64,000 nt of DNA from NCBI RefSeq assembly GCF_025526975.1, contig NW_026515703.1, forward strand, positions 124,001 to 188,000. Reading direction: 5' to 3'. The translations under genes and the position numbers were made by a program. Shown one piece after another: positions 1 to 12,439 of this stretch; within the stretch, counting starts at the first letter, position 1; every line of letters begins with the position of its first letter. Source of the stretch: Fimicolochytrium jonesii (lineage: Eukaryota). Below the pieces are notes generated by a model that had not been told where the DNA came from, did no database searches, and was given only the letters and a program-made list of their open reading frames with translations.

Positions 1-43
1 GAACTTATGAAAGCAAAAGACGGAGCAAACTTTTCAAACTCAC

Positions 44-1859
44 ATTTGAGCACGAATCCACCACTTGTAAGTCTCCACATCGGTGCCATCCACCTCGGCA
101 TATCCATAATAAGGGTTGACCAAGCCGTTGACCGGTCCCGCCCCAGTCACGGAAGGCATGGTCTGAATAGGGCCCTGCTGACCCTGGTACCCGTTTCCAT
201 ACTGGCCATAGAATGGACGAGGACCGCGCGATACATTCGAATGCCCACGTCCGCCGCGTCCGCCACGGCGGGACACGCGCTGCTGTTGAGATGGCTGGGC
301 GTACTGGCTGGCGTCCTCTCCGTGCCTAGACATGCTGTGCGTGGACGTGGTGGAGATGGCGGAGGCGTTGGAGCCGCGACGGGGACCTTGGCGGTGCTGC
401 TGCTGCTGATGTTGCGAGGGGCCGGTCCATGAAGTGGTGGCATGGGTGGAGCGAGCGGCGGAGCCTCCGCGGCCGCTGCGGGGTCGGGAGCTGCTCGCCT
501 CGGCGCGAGAAGGGAGGGTTTCGGCTGTGGAAGGAGCGACAACGGCGTCTGCGGATGTGCTTGCGGGTGCTGGCTGTTCTTCCTTGACGGCATCCGCTTT
601 AGCAGCAGCGGGCGCAGACGCGAGCTGCTTGGCACGGGGAGCGTGGTCATCGGACTTTTTCCCGCCAGCAGCTTTGCTGCTGGGAGGACGAATAGAGCGG
701 GCTGCGGAGGTAGGTGGTGGGTAGTGGATTGGCACGTCCAGCTTGGCCCAGCCGGCCTTCTTGGTTCCGCTGTGTCCGGCGGGAGCAGGGACGGGGCTTA
801 CGCTGGCAGCTGAAGCGGTGCGCGATGCGGAACTCGGTGGGCTGATAGCAGCACTGCCGAGAGTCGGCCAAAGCTCAGCTTTCAAAGGCGTGGCAGAGGC
901 ACCTGACTTCTTGCTCGATGTGCTGGACTCCTTGGCGAGCAGGTTCTCGCTACGCACGGCTGTCTGCACAAGCTTGGCAGCAACGGGCTCCTTTGGCTTT
1001 TGCACCGGAGCGGCCTTCTCCTCGCTGTTTTCCTTGACAGCAGACGCTTCAGCAGTAGATGTTTCAGTCTTCACAGGTGATTCCTCTTTCGTCGTCTTCT
1101 TGGCAGCCTTCACTTGCCCCTCTGCAACCTTTCCATTCTCAAGTTTCGCCGATGCACCGGGAGCTGGCGAGCCTGATGATGCCTTGCCACCCGTTGGGCG
1201 CGCTCGATCCTTCTTACCGCCTTGCTCCTTCTTAGCTTGTGTCTTTTTCGACTGAACCTTCACGAAACCCTCAGCAGCATCCCGCTCCTCCTGTTCCCTC
1301 CGCGCCTTTTCCTTTGCGGACGGCTGCCTCACGCGAGGCTGGCGGGGCTCATCCGATGCTTTGGATGATGGCGCAGCGGTGTTGGCCACGCTCGATGTGA
1401 GTGTTGATGTCTGGCGGGGATGCGTTTGTGCGTGCTTCTGTTGCTCCTCTAACCGCACCTTCCAGATGTTTACTGATGGTGCAGGAGCTGGGATTATCTT
1501 CTTCTCCTCCTTTGGCTCTTCGGCTTTGGGAGTATTTTCCGATTTCCGTGTGGATACTGATGTAATGGATGGAGTAGGACGTTGAGGAGGTTGGTGAGTA
1601 TAAAGGAAAACGAGAATGTGCCTGTTATGAGTCCTTTGCACCAACCTGCTGCTTCCGCCAGCCCATTTGTATCACTTTCAGCCGCTGGAGACAGTTCCTC
1701 GGCCGTGGCGGCTTTCGGCTCTGGGACCGTAGGCTTGTCCACCGAATCGGCCCACGAAGTCGGAGCGACAACAGACATCTTCAGTGAAGATTCCTGTGAA
1801 ACCTCTTCCGCAACATTCGGCTGCTGTGCTGCCTCAGTCGCTATTTCGACCGAAGACAT
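44..1859 (-). CDS. La-related RNA-binding protein (LARP1/Sro9-like), 5' part; gene continues beyond window start
   Basis: ATG at 1859; intron ~1645-1557 (CAG|GTTGGT ... CAG|TATCC) joins ORFs 1494-1859 and 40-1644 in frame; low-complexity region with RGG stretch ends in YKWWIRAQ(I)| GTGAGT donor at 43, matching the start of a La motif (QIEYYFS). Confidence 0.7.
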
Positions 1860-2515
1860 GATGGATGTCTGTGTTGATAACTAATTTTCGCGTGTCGTGA
1901 GACAGTTTCTAGAGGCCACGTCTAACGTTCGCAGCTTCCCGACCCCCGAGACCAGCGACACTATCGAGAGCGACGGTTGCTGTGGAGTGTTTCGTCGGTT
2001 CCACTACTCCCTGCCTTCCAGTAACCACCAGGGTGCTGTTTTTCGGAGGTTGGGAACTCGGAGCGGTTCCTCCGGTGAAGCAATTGGCGACGCCAAGTTC
2101 ACTTCCAAGCCGTTCTACACACCCGCTGGAAGAGGTGCTAAGCTTTCCGCAGAGAGTTCGAGGTGAGTGTCACTCGTTGGTGGGGTGACTCCGACTATGG
2201 GGAAACGGTTGGAAGTCCACACGAATGACGCCTGAGAAAAGAAAGCAGTAGGCGGTGTCAGTGCACAGGGTTGACGAAAGCACAAGTTGCGTCTGCTTTT
2301 CCTGAAAAGGCCTGCGGAATAACTTGCAGCCCCGTATGACCGGCCTCCAAGCGCCCCGGTTCTTTGACGGAAGTGTAATTCCGTCGTACTCACCTCTGCA
2401 GCGGATATGAGCTTTGCGCGCGCACTATTTGTGTTGACAGCGTTCGCAAGCAGCTAGCTCCGTTCCTCCCACTCGCCAAAGCTTCTGAGTGGCCGGTGCT
2501 ACTGAGCCTTTCTAT

Positions 2516-2546
<31 letters not shown>

Positions 2547-3059
2547 CGAAAGCTGTGTGTGGCGGGGGACGAAGGACGTTGAGGGGGATGGTGGTGGTGG
2601 TGGGAAATGGGAAGCGGGGGCAGTGGGTTGGATACTCCCTCAGCCTTTCTGCCCGAAACTTTTTCTGCCTGCCTGCGTTGCCTTGCAAGCCCTTTCTTTG
2701 GGCGCTCTTGCTTGCTCTTGTGGTGGACTGTGGGGGGTGCGCAAGGCCGTCACCGTGACACAAGACGCGGGGTACTGTGTAACGCACCACGTCACGCACC
2801 TGTGGGATGGGTGAAAGCGCAGGACCTCTCTGAGTGGCGCACCAAGCAGGATTCAGTCGGATCATAGCGGAGCGCACCATGCGGGATCATGGACAGTGGA
2901 GATATGGGGCGGACGTGGAGAAAGCCACGCCTCCCTTCTCTTCTCACGTGACCAACTGACTGAATTTAATAGCACCTCCATATGTCACGCGCCCAACAAG
3001 CTGGGCTGGCTGGTAAGCATTTCATTTGGACACTCACCACCATAAAGGATCTCGCCACG

Positions 3060-5293
3060 ATGACGGTACGTATGGGTCGTCATGGTGCAGACACAGCAGT
3101 CTCTGCTTAGAAAAGTGCTGGGGAGCCTTCTGTCTTGAACTTTGATGGGACCATATTTATTGAAACCCAGTCATAACGATTATCTTGTAAGTCCCAAACT
3201 GACCTTTCTCGCTTTCTCAGGGTTTTCGAGTTGAACACGACACTTTCGGGGATATCCAAGTTCCCAAGGACAAATACTGGGGTGAGTCCATCTAGCTCCA
3301 TCTTTCAAATTTGATTTCATACTAACGGTTCTCTATTTTCAGGAGCTCAAACGCAACGGTGGGATACTCAACCAGTTGAATATCGGGGGGCTGGTGATGG
3401 ATGACAAAACTCAAATCTCGCGCAAACACACAGATCCCTCCAGAATTTCGAGATAGGCGGCCATGAAGAGCGCATGCCTGAGCCGCTCATCCGGGCGTTT
3501 ACTATCCTCAAGCGGGCTGCGGCGACTGTGAATGTTCAGTTTGGTTTGGATAAGAAGTTGGGGGAAACTATCGCCAAGGCCGCCAATGAGGTACGGTCCG
3601 CGAACGATTGTAATTTTTGCGGCGAGCAAAGCGAGGAGAATGCGAACGATAGCGTGCCCACTGCGCCGGAGGCGCAGGAGTGGTTGAGTGCGGCGAGGCC
3701 ACGCCTACTGGACCGGGGGCCCACGATTGCGGATCACACACCAGCCCAAGCTCCTCGTCGCGAGCGGAGCGAGCAGGGTATCGTTTCCACCATCCAATCA
3801 TCTAACCATCTAACCAAGAAACATCCTCGCAGGTCCTGGAGGGAAAACTCGACGACCACTTCCCACTCGTGGTCTGGCAAACCGGATCGGGTACCCAGAC
3901 CAACATGAACGTGAACGAGGTCATAGCGAATCGTGGAAACGAGATGCTCGGGCAGCCGCTAGGATCTCAGAAGCCTATCCATCCGAACGATCATGTCAAC
4001 TTTGGGCAGTCGTCTAATGACACGTAAGGGGTTTGTCGATGCTCTTTGGTTCCCGATTGAGGAAAGTAATCTTAAACCGTATGAGAACCCTGCTAGGTTT
4101 CCAACAGCCATGCACATAGCCGGCGTCCTCGAACTCCACCGCCGGCTCCTGCCCGCCCTCCAATACCTCCACACCTCTCTCGCCAAACACGCGCACGACT
4201 GGACCCACATCATCAAGATCGGGCGCACCCACACGCAAGACGCGACTCCCCTATCCCTCGGGCAGGAGTTCTCGGGGTACGCCCAACAGGTCGCGTATGG
4301 GATTGAGAGGGTCAAAGCTGTGATCCCGAGGTTGAGCTTGTTAGCCCAGGGGGGCACGGCGGTGGGGACAGGGTTGAATGCGAGGGTGGGGTTTGATGTC
4401 AAGGTTGCGGAGGAGATTTCGAGGATTACGGGGGTGGAGTTTAGGACGGCGCCGAATAAGGTCGGTGGAAGGACGGATGCGTGGATGCCTATTGCTTTTC
4501 GGCTTTTGGACCGCGCCCGGACTGAACTTATGGCTCTCAAATGTTACATTTACAGTTCGAAGCACTTGCCGCCCATGATGCCATTGTGGAGGCTAGCGGT
4601 GCGCTTAATGTCCTCGCTGTGTCCCTGATGAAGATCGCCAACGATATCCGCTTCCTGGGTATGCCACTGATGTCTACGTGGGGACTTTTGGAACTCCCTC
4701 CTCACACCCATCTCCCATTCAAAGGTTCCGGCCCTCGATGCGGTCTCGGCGAATTAAGCCTCCCAGAGAACGAGCCCGGCTCCTCCATCATGCCCGGCAA
4801 GGTCAACCCGACCCAATGCGAGGCGCTGACCATGGTGTGCGCGCAGGTGATGGGAAATCACGTCGCGATCACCGTCGGAGGGTCCAACGGGCATTTCGAG
4901 GTGCGTTACAGTTCACCCTGCGTCCTGATGGCCTACTCGATGATCTAACCTGATTTGATTACATCCCAGCTCAACGTCTTCAAACCCCTCCTCATCCGCA
5001 ACCTCCTCCACTCCACGCGCCTCCTCGCGGACGCCTCCCGCTCCTTCACGACCCACTGCGTCGTAGGAATCCAACCCAACGAAACGCGCATCGCGCAACT
5101 GCTCAAGGAGAGCCTGATGCTCGTGACGGCGCTGAACCCCAAGATCGGGTATGAGAATGCGGCGAAGGTGGCAAAGAAGGCGCATAAAGAGGGGACGACG
5201 TTGAAGGAGGCTGCTGTGGGGTTGAGGTTGATGACGGCGGAGGAGTTTGATCGGTGGGTTAGGCCGGAGGAGATGTTGGGGCCGAAGTTGTAG
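3060..5293 (+). CDS. FUM1: Class II fumarate hydratase (fumarase), multi-exon
   Basis: Spliced exons give [58 protein letters not shown] and the signature [19 protein letters not shown] introns; stop at 5291-5293. Confidence 0.97.
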
Positions 5294-6087
5294 GAGGCGT
5301 TTGAGGAGGGTGGTGGGGATTCGGCGTATTGTGGAGGTATTGATATACGGAATGATGTTGGTTGATTTCTTGTAGCTAGTAGCGGTATGTGTACGTAGGG
5401 TATGCAGACCGTATCTAATCTGCTTTTGTGTTCCTCTTCTCCGTGTCCCATGCATCTGTTACATATGGAGTTTGGAGAACGACGGTTGGGGGCGAGAATT
5501 GACGTGATCACGTGCCCTGATACGCACTGTCGAATTTTTTCGCATTGGACGCCCCCACGACGACTGAATCCCCTCACCTGCGTGCTTGGCCTTCCCGTTG
5601 TCCGCATGGAGCAGCCAGGGAACACCCAGCCAGACTTCAACTCGCACAGGCACAGACACGGGCTGCCCTAAACACTCACACTGCTCTTGGAAAGCCACTG
5701 GGCCCCTTCACCCCATACTCCACCACTCGGACACCCTAATAGTCTCCTCAACCTACGCTGTCCTCAGTACAGGGGGACGTCTCGCAGCAGCAGCAGCAGG
5801 TGCAACGTGGCCACAACCGTGACGACCTGCATTCCGGATTGACGGCATGACGAACTGAATCCCTCCAACCACACCTTTCTACACTGAGTCTCTACCACAA
5901 CGGACTGTCAGGACGCACACACAACCCTCGTTGCAGCAAGCAGCTATCTCGGTCTGGTCCACCATCATCATTTCGCTCAGAAATCTGCAACGCCTCTTCT
6001 CGATTCCACTGTCATTTTCCCACCCAAGCCACGCAATTCGATTGAGCGGACAGAGAAGGCAGGCAGGCGCCAAACACCGAGGCAACG

Positions 6088-9000
6088 ATGAACAACCGGC
6101 CGCCCAACGAGGGCATGCCGTATTACCCGCCCTACCCCCGGCCCCCACCAGGCCACAGCGCACCACCCGGCCAGCAAAGTCACATGCCGCCGGTGGGAGG
6201 CGGGTACGCGCCCTACCCTCCCGGTGTGCCTCCTCCGCCTATGCACTACTACCCACACCCACCACCACCACCACCAGGAAGCGGGGCATACAGCCATCCA
6301 CCACCGCCGTTTCCGCCATATGGACACTCGCAGATGCATTATCCGCCACCATATCCTCCGCCTTATCCGCATGGTTATCCCCCGCTCCCTCCGCAACAAC
6401 CGCCTCAGATCGAGTCGAGGCAACCACAGCCTGGGCCATTGAGGCATGAGGGTCGGTCTTCCGCGGGGCATACGTCTTTGCCGGCACTGCGGAGACATTC
6501 AGGGGCATTCTCCCCACCGCCGTTGCCGCCTGGGTCTCACGCTCCATCGCCGTATGTGGAATCACGACCATCGGATATGCGTTCACTGTCGCCGCAGAAA
6601 CAGCGATATGCTGCTGATGAGCAAAGAACTGAGGCTCAGAGTCCGCAGAAACCTACGCAGAGGGATCCGTCGCAAAGTGTGGAAGTGCCGGGTGCGACAA
6701 CTCCCGCCCCGATGTCTGAACCAGCATCACCGGTCAAGGGGATAGGGGAAACGCCCGGGCCAGCGGCCGTAGCCATAACCTCCCTCTCGGACCTTCCCAA
6801 ACAAGTTTTCCCCACATCAAACAAGTCAAACCGATTCCGAAAATCAGGCGCGCATTTGGAGGCAATGACCGCCAAGACGCGGTCTGGTGCTGGGCTGGAA
6901 GGAGGCGAGGAAGATTTTGACCCCTCGGATGCGAGAGACGACGGGTTGACCGTTGCCCCGCCGCCGATATCCTCTACCATCGTCGCGGGCGAGTTCCTGG
7001 GCCTCGACAGCAAGCGGGTGGAGTTGCCGAGTAAACGCAAACGGGTGGATTCCGGAGACTATCCCTGGCGTCGGAAAGGCCGGACTCCGTCGATAGACGA
7101 GGGCAGCAGTGGCGGTGGTGGTGGTGGTGGTGGTGTGCCCCGTCGCACCGAACCGCCGTCCCGTAAAAATGCGACCGAGAATAACAACCCGCCGCCGGAT
7201 TGGAATGGGAGATGTACGGTGTGTGGGACGGACGACACGCCGCAGTGGAGACGGGGTCCCAAGGGTCCGAAAACGCTGTGTAATGCGTGTGGAGTCAAGT
7301 ATGCGTTGAACGGATTTGACGAGTCGGTGTTTGACAACTATGAGAAGAAAAAGAGGCCGGCGAAGGTTACGGAGATCAGGAACCGAACGGCGGAAAACAG
7401 GAACCGGGCGGAGATCAGGAACCGACTGCTTGCCAAGAAGACACAGCAGGAAGAGGAGAGGGGGTCGGATTCGAGTGAACAGACATCCGACCAGGATAGT
7501 GACCATGATAACTCCGACGATTCCGACGGCGAGTCGGACGATTCGGCAGACGCCATCCGCATCATCCGAGGCCCAGAACGCAACGCCGCGGGTCGGGTGA
7601 ATCTCAACAAACTCGCCCCGAAACCTGCCTCATCACATCGGAAACAGATCGTCGCTCGCCCGCCGCACCCGCGTCTCGTCCTCCCCAGCGACGGCCGGTA
7701 CGACTCCACCGTACCCTTGGCTGCGGGTGCCGCCAAAAAGCGCGGACGGCCGTCCAAGAAGGATCTGGCAGCTGCGAGGGCAGAGACGAAGGCGGTCAAT
7801 CTGGACGGGAGTAAAACGAAACGGCGCAAAGTGGTTGTGGGGCGAGGGGATCTGGATAGTGAGGATGAGGATGTTGACGTTACGGGAGAGGATAAAGCGG
7901 ATGATACCCGGGGCGCGAGGCAGAGTAGTAAGAATGGGAACGGGAAAGGGAAACATGGCCGACGGGAGGATGAACCCGCATCGCGTAATGGCAAAAAGGG
8001 TGGGAAAAGCAGCAGTACCTCCAAATCCCACAAGAAGAAACCCTCCACAACAGCCGCCTCCTCCTCCTCGAAATCCAAACACGCCCCACCACCACCCTTA
8101 CCCCCCGCGCGCAAAACCGGCAAAAGCGGCGCCTTCATGGACGAGGTCGACGACTCCGTCCTCCCGTCCGCCCTCATCAATGTCACCGCCCCCTCCACAC
8201 CCTACCATTCCCGCCCCGGTTCCCCGCACACCAGCCAGACCTCCACCGCCACGTCGGTCACCTCATCCTCCTCCGACGACGAGAACCCCGCGATAACAAA
8301 AGCGAAACTCGAGCAGCAGATCCTGCATTTCAGACACCGACTTTTCGTCAGCGAGGCGGTCAACCGACGACTGAAGGAGGTGCTGGGAGAGTTGGAGGAG
8401 GAGGATGACGGGTGCGATACACTCATGGCAAGCGTTATTGAGAAGACTGTAAGAGCCGTGAGGAGATGGGAGGAGGCACAGGAGGTAGCGGTTGAGGAGG
8501 CGCGGAGACGGGATGCGGCAGTTGATGATGAAGACGACGTAGATAATACGAGCGCTCCGAATGATCCGGTATCACCTAAATCAGGGACGAAGATAAAGGC
8601 ACACATGTCCTCATCACGGCACCACACCCCCACCACACCTCCTACGACACACCAGCACCGTCGACCCCACCCGACCGCCATCCTCCTCGACCACACCCGC
8701 CTTGAAGCCGAAGAGATTCCGACCCTCATGACCTTTTGCCGCGCGGTCAAGAATAGGAACTTGAGGACACCTGCTGCCCTTCTCGCTGCTCCGCCTCCAT
8801 CATCATCAGCAGTACCGGTGCCGCAAGCGGAAGCGAAGCCGGGCGCGGGGGGTGAACAGCACCAGGCAGCGCAAATCCTGACCGCCTTGGCCGAGGTGGG
8901 GAAAACGAAAAGTGGGGCGGGTGGCGCGGCGAGTGGTGCGGCAACGCAGCAGCAGACGATAACGGCCCCCTCGCAGCAGCTGACTGCTACCGCCCGATAG
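6088..9000 (+). CDS. GATA-type zinc-finger transcription factor, 970 aa
   Basis: [27 protein letters not shown] (C-x2-C-x18-C-x2-C); Pro/His/Tyr-rich N-terminus; AT-hook-like KKRGRPSK; C-terminal coiled coil. Confidence 0.9.
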   Translation: MNNRPPNEGMPYYPPYPRPPPGHSAPPGQQSHMPPVGGGYAPYPPGVPPPPMHYYPHPPPPPPGSGAYSHPPPPFPPYGHSQMHYPPPYPPPYPHGYPPLPPQQPPQIESRQPQPGPLRHEGRSSAGHTSLPALRRHSGAFSPPPLPPGSHAPSPYVESRPSDMRSLSPQKQRYAADEQRTEAQSPQKPTQRDPSQSVEVPGATTPAPMSEPASPVKGIGETPGPAAVAITSLSDLPKQVFPTSNKSNRFRKSGAHLEAMTAKTRSGAGLEGGEEDFDPSDARDDGLTVAPPPISSTIVAGEFLGLDSKRVELPSKRKRVDSGDYPWRRKGRTPSIDEGSSGGGGGGGGVPRRTEPPSRKNATENNNPPPDWNGRCTVCGTDDTPQWRRGPKGPKTLCNACGVKYALNGFDESVFDNYEKKKRPAKVTEIRNRTAENRNRAEIRNRLLAKKTQQEEERGSDSSEQTSDQDSDHDNSDDSDGESDDSADAIRIIRGPERNAAGRVNLNKLAPKPASSHRKQIVARPPHPRLVLPSDGRYDSTVPLAAGAAKKRGRPSKKDLAAARAETKAVNLDGSKTKRRKVVVGRGDLDSEDEDVDVTGEDKADDTRGARQSSKNGNGKGKHGRREDEPASRNGKKGGKSSSTSKSHKKKPSTTAASSSSKSKHAPPPPLPPARKTGKSGAFMDEVDDSVLPSALINVTAPSTPYHSRPGSPHTSQTSTATSVTSSSSDDENPAITKAKLEQQILHFRHRLFVSEAVNRRLKEVLGELEEEDDGCDTLMASVIEKTVRAVRRWEEAQEVAVEEARRRDAAVDDEDDVDNTSAPNDPVSPKSGTKIKAHMSSSRHHTPTTPPTTHQHRRPHPTAILLDHTRLEAEEIPTLMTFCRAVKNRNLRTPAALLAAPPPSSSAVPVPQAEAKPGAGGEQHQAAQILTALAEVGKTKSGAGGAASGAATQQQTITAPSQQLTATAR

Positions 9001-10103
9001 CGACCGATAGACTGGGCATGTCTTCTGCATCTTGTGTGCCCCCACAGGCAAATCTCATATCCCCGCCTGGTATAAACACACCACACACACCCCCCTCTTT
9101 GGATCCCACATCTACATGACCGTTCTTTCTCTAAAAACATCGGACTTTTCTTTTGAAAAATACGATATCTGGGTTTTTGTTTGGGGAGTCTTTGTGGGAA
9201 TGGAGTTTGTCATGGTATGCGAGGTGCCATTTTCTGATTGGGGCTTGGCTTTTGAGGGGGGTGTATGAGGCATTGAAAGGATGTGCAGCACCGGATATGG
9301 GGACATGCCAGACGTAACGTTGCGCTTTGGGGGAATCCACCATAATCATGCCCAGTCTCCGCCCCCTCTGACCTTTTAAATGCTGGTTTGTGGAATCGCC
9401 ATCATTTGTACCTATTCGTAGGGTTTCACCGTATGCAGGCCCCATCCGGGCGATTCAAGCCCCCATCGCACGTTTCTTCGGCAGGCCACGGGACGCAGGT
9501 AAGGCCCCCGCCCGGTAGCGAAGGCAGTCAAGATCCCACGAGCCGAGATCCCCGGAAGACCAACCTCGGCCCGTGATCCGAAGAATTAGAGCGTACGTGG
9601 AGGTGGTTCCCCGCCCCGGTGGGCTCTCATCTGAGTGCGAGACCCATTGCGTCCGATTTCGGCGCACTTTGTTGCAAGGCCATGACGTCCGACCCCCGAT
9701 TGAGCTGTTTGCGTGGCGAGTACAAGCCCGACTGGGGGTTCATCATGGTAGGGTAACCGCCAAACGTCTCGCAGGAGCCGGATGTGGCCGTGCGCGAGAA
9801 TACAGTATCCCGGCCCCTTCGCTGTTCACCAAAGCCTTATTCGCTCTCGCCAAGCACAGCGTAGTGCCTATCCGTGGGTTCCAATACTGCTTCAGTCCCG
9901 CATCATCGAGACCGGGCCAGCCGTACTTTTCGATGCCCAAGTTTCGCGCAAGTACAGTACGTGCGAATGCGAGTAACGAACGGATTGTGACGGTGATGGG
10001 TCTTTCGTATTGCGGAACATGCCAATCCGTTCGGTTTAGCTTCCTGGTGGCGGATTCGCACTTGGAACCAAAGAGTCTTCCGGATGGCAATCCATCATGG
10101 CCC

Positions 10104-10214
10104 GGTGATAGCACAGGTGGTTAATCACACAGTCTGTTTTCGCATTGCTATGGGAAGGTGATAGCACAGGTGGTTAATCACACAGTCTGTTTTCGCATTG
10201 CTATGGGAAGGTGA
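10104..10214. repeat. Perfect 53-bp tandem duplication
   Basis: GGTGATAGCACAGGTGGTTAATCACACAGTCTGTTTTCGCATTGCTATGGGAA at 10104 and 10157, then GGTGA at 10210. Confidence 0.95.
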
Positions 10215-10770
10215 AGAACTTCGAGTGGACCTTCCGAGAACCTGATGCTGCGATCCCCGTTGCTCGGAAGGCGTAACCACATTCAGGTCAAATTGACAAT
10301 CGACAGGATGTAGGTTTCACATTGACGGGTGATTCACGAGGCGTTTAAATCAAGTACTGTACAGTATGTGGCTATATGTCTGCGACCTCATGTGATTAAG
10401 TCAGTGTCGACCATTGAATTGACAGCGTCGACCACGGCATCAGTCTCCTAAATACTTTGTGCTTCCCCCGTTGGCAGCTATCACCGCAGCCATTCTCCTC
10501 GGCATTGTCAAGGCCGAGGTCAAGACGTCGGGGTCAATCTCGCGATGGCGAGCATCTCTCGTCTGCTTGCTTGGTAGTCGCCGGCAGAATTGCCTGGTAG
10601 TCGCCGGTCGCGTCGCGGGGGGGGGGGGGGGGGCCGGCCTGGAAGTCACGTGAGGTCGCAGACATACAGACACATACTGTACGTTACTTAAGCCGTTGTA
10701 CACGATTAAAAGGCAGGAAAAACCCTCAAGGCCCAACCCAACATTGGAGTGACCGTATCGCCTTCAAACA

Positions 10771-12002
10771 CTAGCAGAACTTCCAACGGTGCCCGCAATT
10801 CAGACAGGTCACAAAAGTAGTCATAGGCTCATCGGCGCTCCTCGTCTGCATCTGGAAGTACTTTGTCCTCCGCTGCTTGCACTTCCCACACTGGAACATA
10901 TCCGTCTCCGCCTGCGTGTCCTGCGCCGAAATGGCCTCCGACAGCGCCTCGTTCTTCGCCGTCTGGATCGCCTCCTTGCGCTCCTTGGACGCCATCTGCT
11001 CCGTCGTCATGTTCGCCAACTTCTCGATCGAGATCTTGCCGCTCAGAACGTTGAGGCAAAGGTCCGGATTGTCCCGGTCTTTGAGGTTGAAAGTGAGAGA
11101 CTTGATGCGGTTTTTGTAGACTAGGGCCGGGTCTGTCTTTTTGCCTGGTGGTGCGGGAGTCATGTCGAGGGGGTATAGCTCGTAGGTTAGGCGTTCGAGT
11201 TCTTCGGCTTTTCGTAGGATCGATGTCCCTTCTGCGAGGAGTTCAAGGAATCAGGGGCATGTCGGTCCTCAGACGGACATTTGCAGAATGATGGGAAATC
11301 TTACCCATATCGGTATCGCTGACGAGTGCAGCATACAAAAGCCCAATGCATTTGTCCCGCAGTGTTTCGCCTGTCGAGTTCATTTTCAATTTATCCGAGT
11401 CTATGCTCCGCGCCGGGCCTGAAGACAGTGGTGTTCCGGGAGTGGGAGTCGAGCCAGACGCCGACGTTCGCCGGGTTGGAGGATCCGATGTGTCCACTAA
11501 TGGAGAAGACATTGGTCAGTTCCATGTATCCGTCCTTGCACATCCCATCCTCTGTCCCGCTTACCCCGCGGTTGTGGGACCTTCTCATTCGTATTATTCG
11601 ACGTTGCCCTAACCGGCTTGCTCTCTCCAACCGCTATATCCTGCTTCCACTTTGTAATCAAGTCTTTACATATTGCCCTCTGCTCGTCCGTGATGTCTTT
11701 GTGTTTCCGTGCGTTCGTTACAGCCACCCCGATTCCCGAGGACTACATTCACAAGTCTATGATTAGACATGATCCAGTTGTATGATTCCGTTTCCTGTAC
11801 AGACTTGCCTTCAACAACGCTTTTGTCGCTGTGACTTTTCTCAGCTGTGCTAGAACATCGTTTACAGTCTGAAAGGCAGGAGTTAGACCACCGAAGGAGA
11901 CGGGGTGGATCACAGAACGGCTTTGAGACGTACCTCAGGTCGATGGTTGTCGAGCGCCTTCCCCAGCTCCTTCTTCAGCGATAGGAGCCTTGCGTCCCCC
12001 AT
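10771..12002 (-). CDS. DST1: Transcription elongation factor TFIIS, multi-exon
   Basis: C-terminal zinc ribbon FQCGKCKQRRTKYFQMQTRSADEPMTTFVTCLNCGHRWKFC; YKNRIKSLTFNLKD central domain; start MGDARLLSLKKEL. Confidence 0.96.
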
Positions 12003-12439
12003 GTTTTGAAGATCAGATGTGGAACCGGATTCTGTTGTGAACTCGCAGGGTGTAAACTCGAGAGTGCGAACGTCGTGAAGTTGTCTCAGTGGCCGCTCGC
12101 TAGTTCCTCTGTATGTGCTAGTGACAACTCTCTCGGCTGTGTGTGTGTGTGTGCGCGTGTGGGGGATGCCGTCGTTGTTGGGCGCAATTGTAAGCCCAGT
12201 TCTGTCTCGAACGGAAAGGGAAAGAGAGGAAGAGCCCGACGCGTTGGGAACAGACTCGAAAGTGACTCGAAAGCCCTTCTTGCTCGACTCGTGCTCGACT
12301 GGACGGACATTCGCAAAGGAGACTCCCACGGAATCGCAGCGTCTTTCCCCTTCTTGGACAGCAGTACCAGCCCCGGGAATCGTCACCCGAACTAACCACC
12401 AAAAAGAGACTTCGTCGGATTCCAAAGTTCCCACCAGCC

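Noticed and set aside
7338..9140. Long antisense ORFs (286 and 312 aa) and similar ORFs opposite other genes
   Set aside because: Shadow ORFs of GC-rich coding strands with no recognisable motifs
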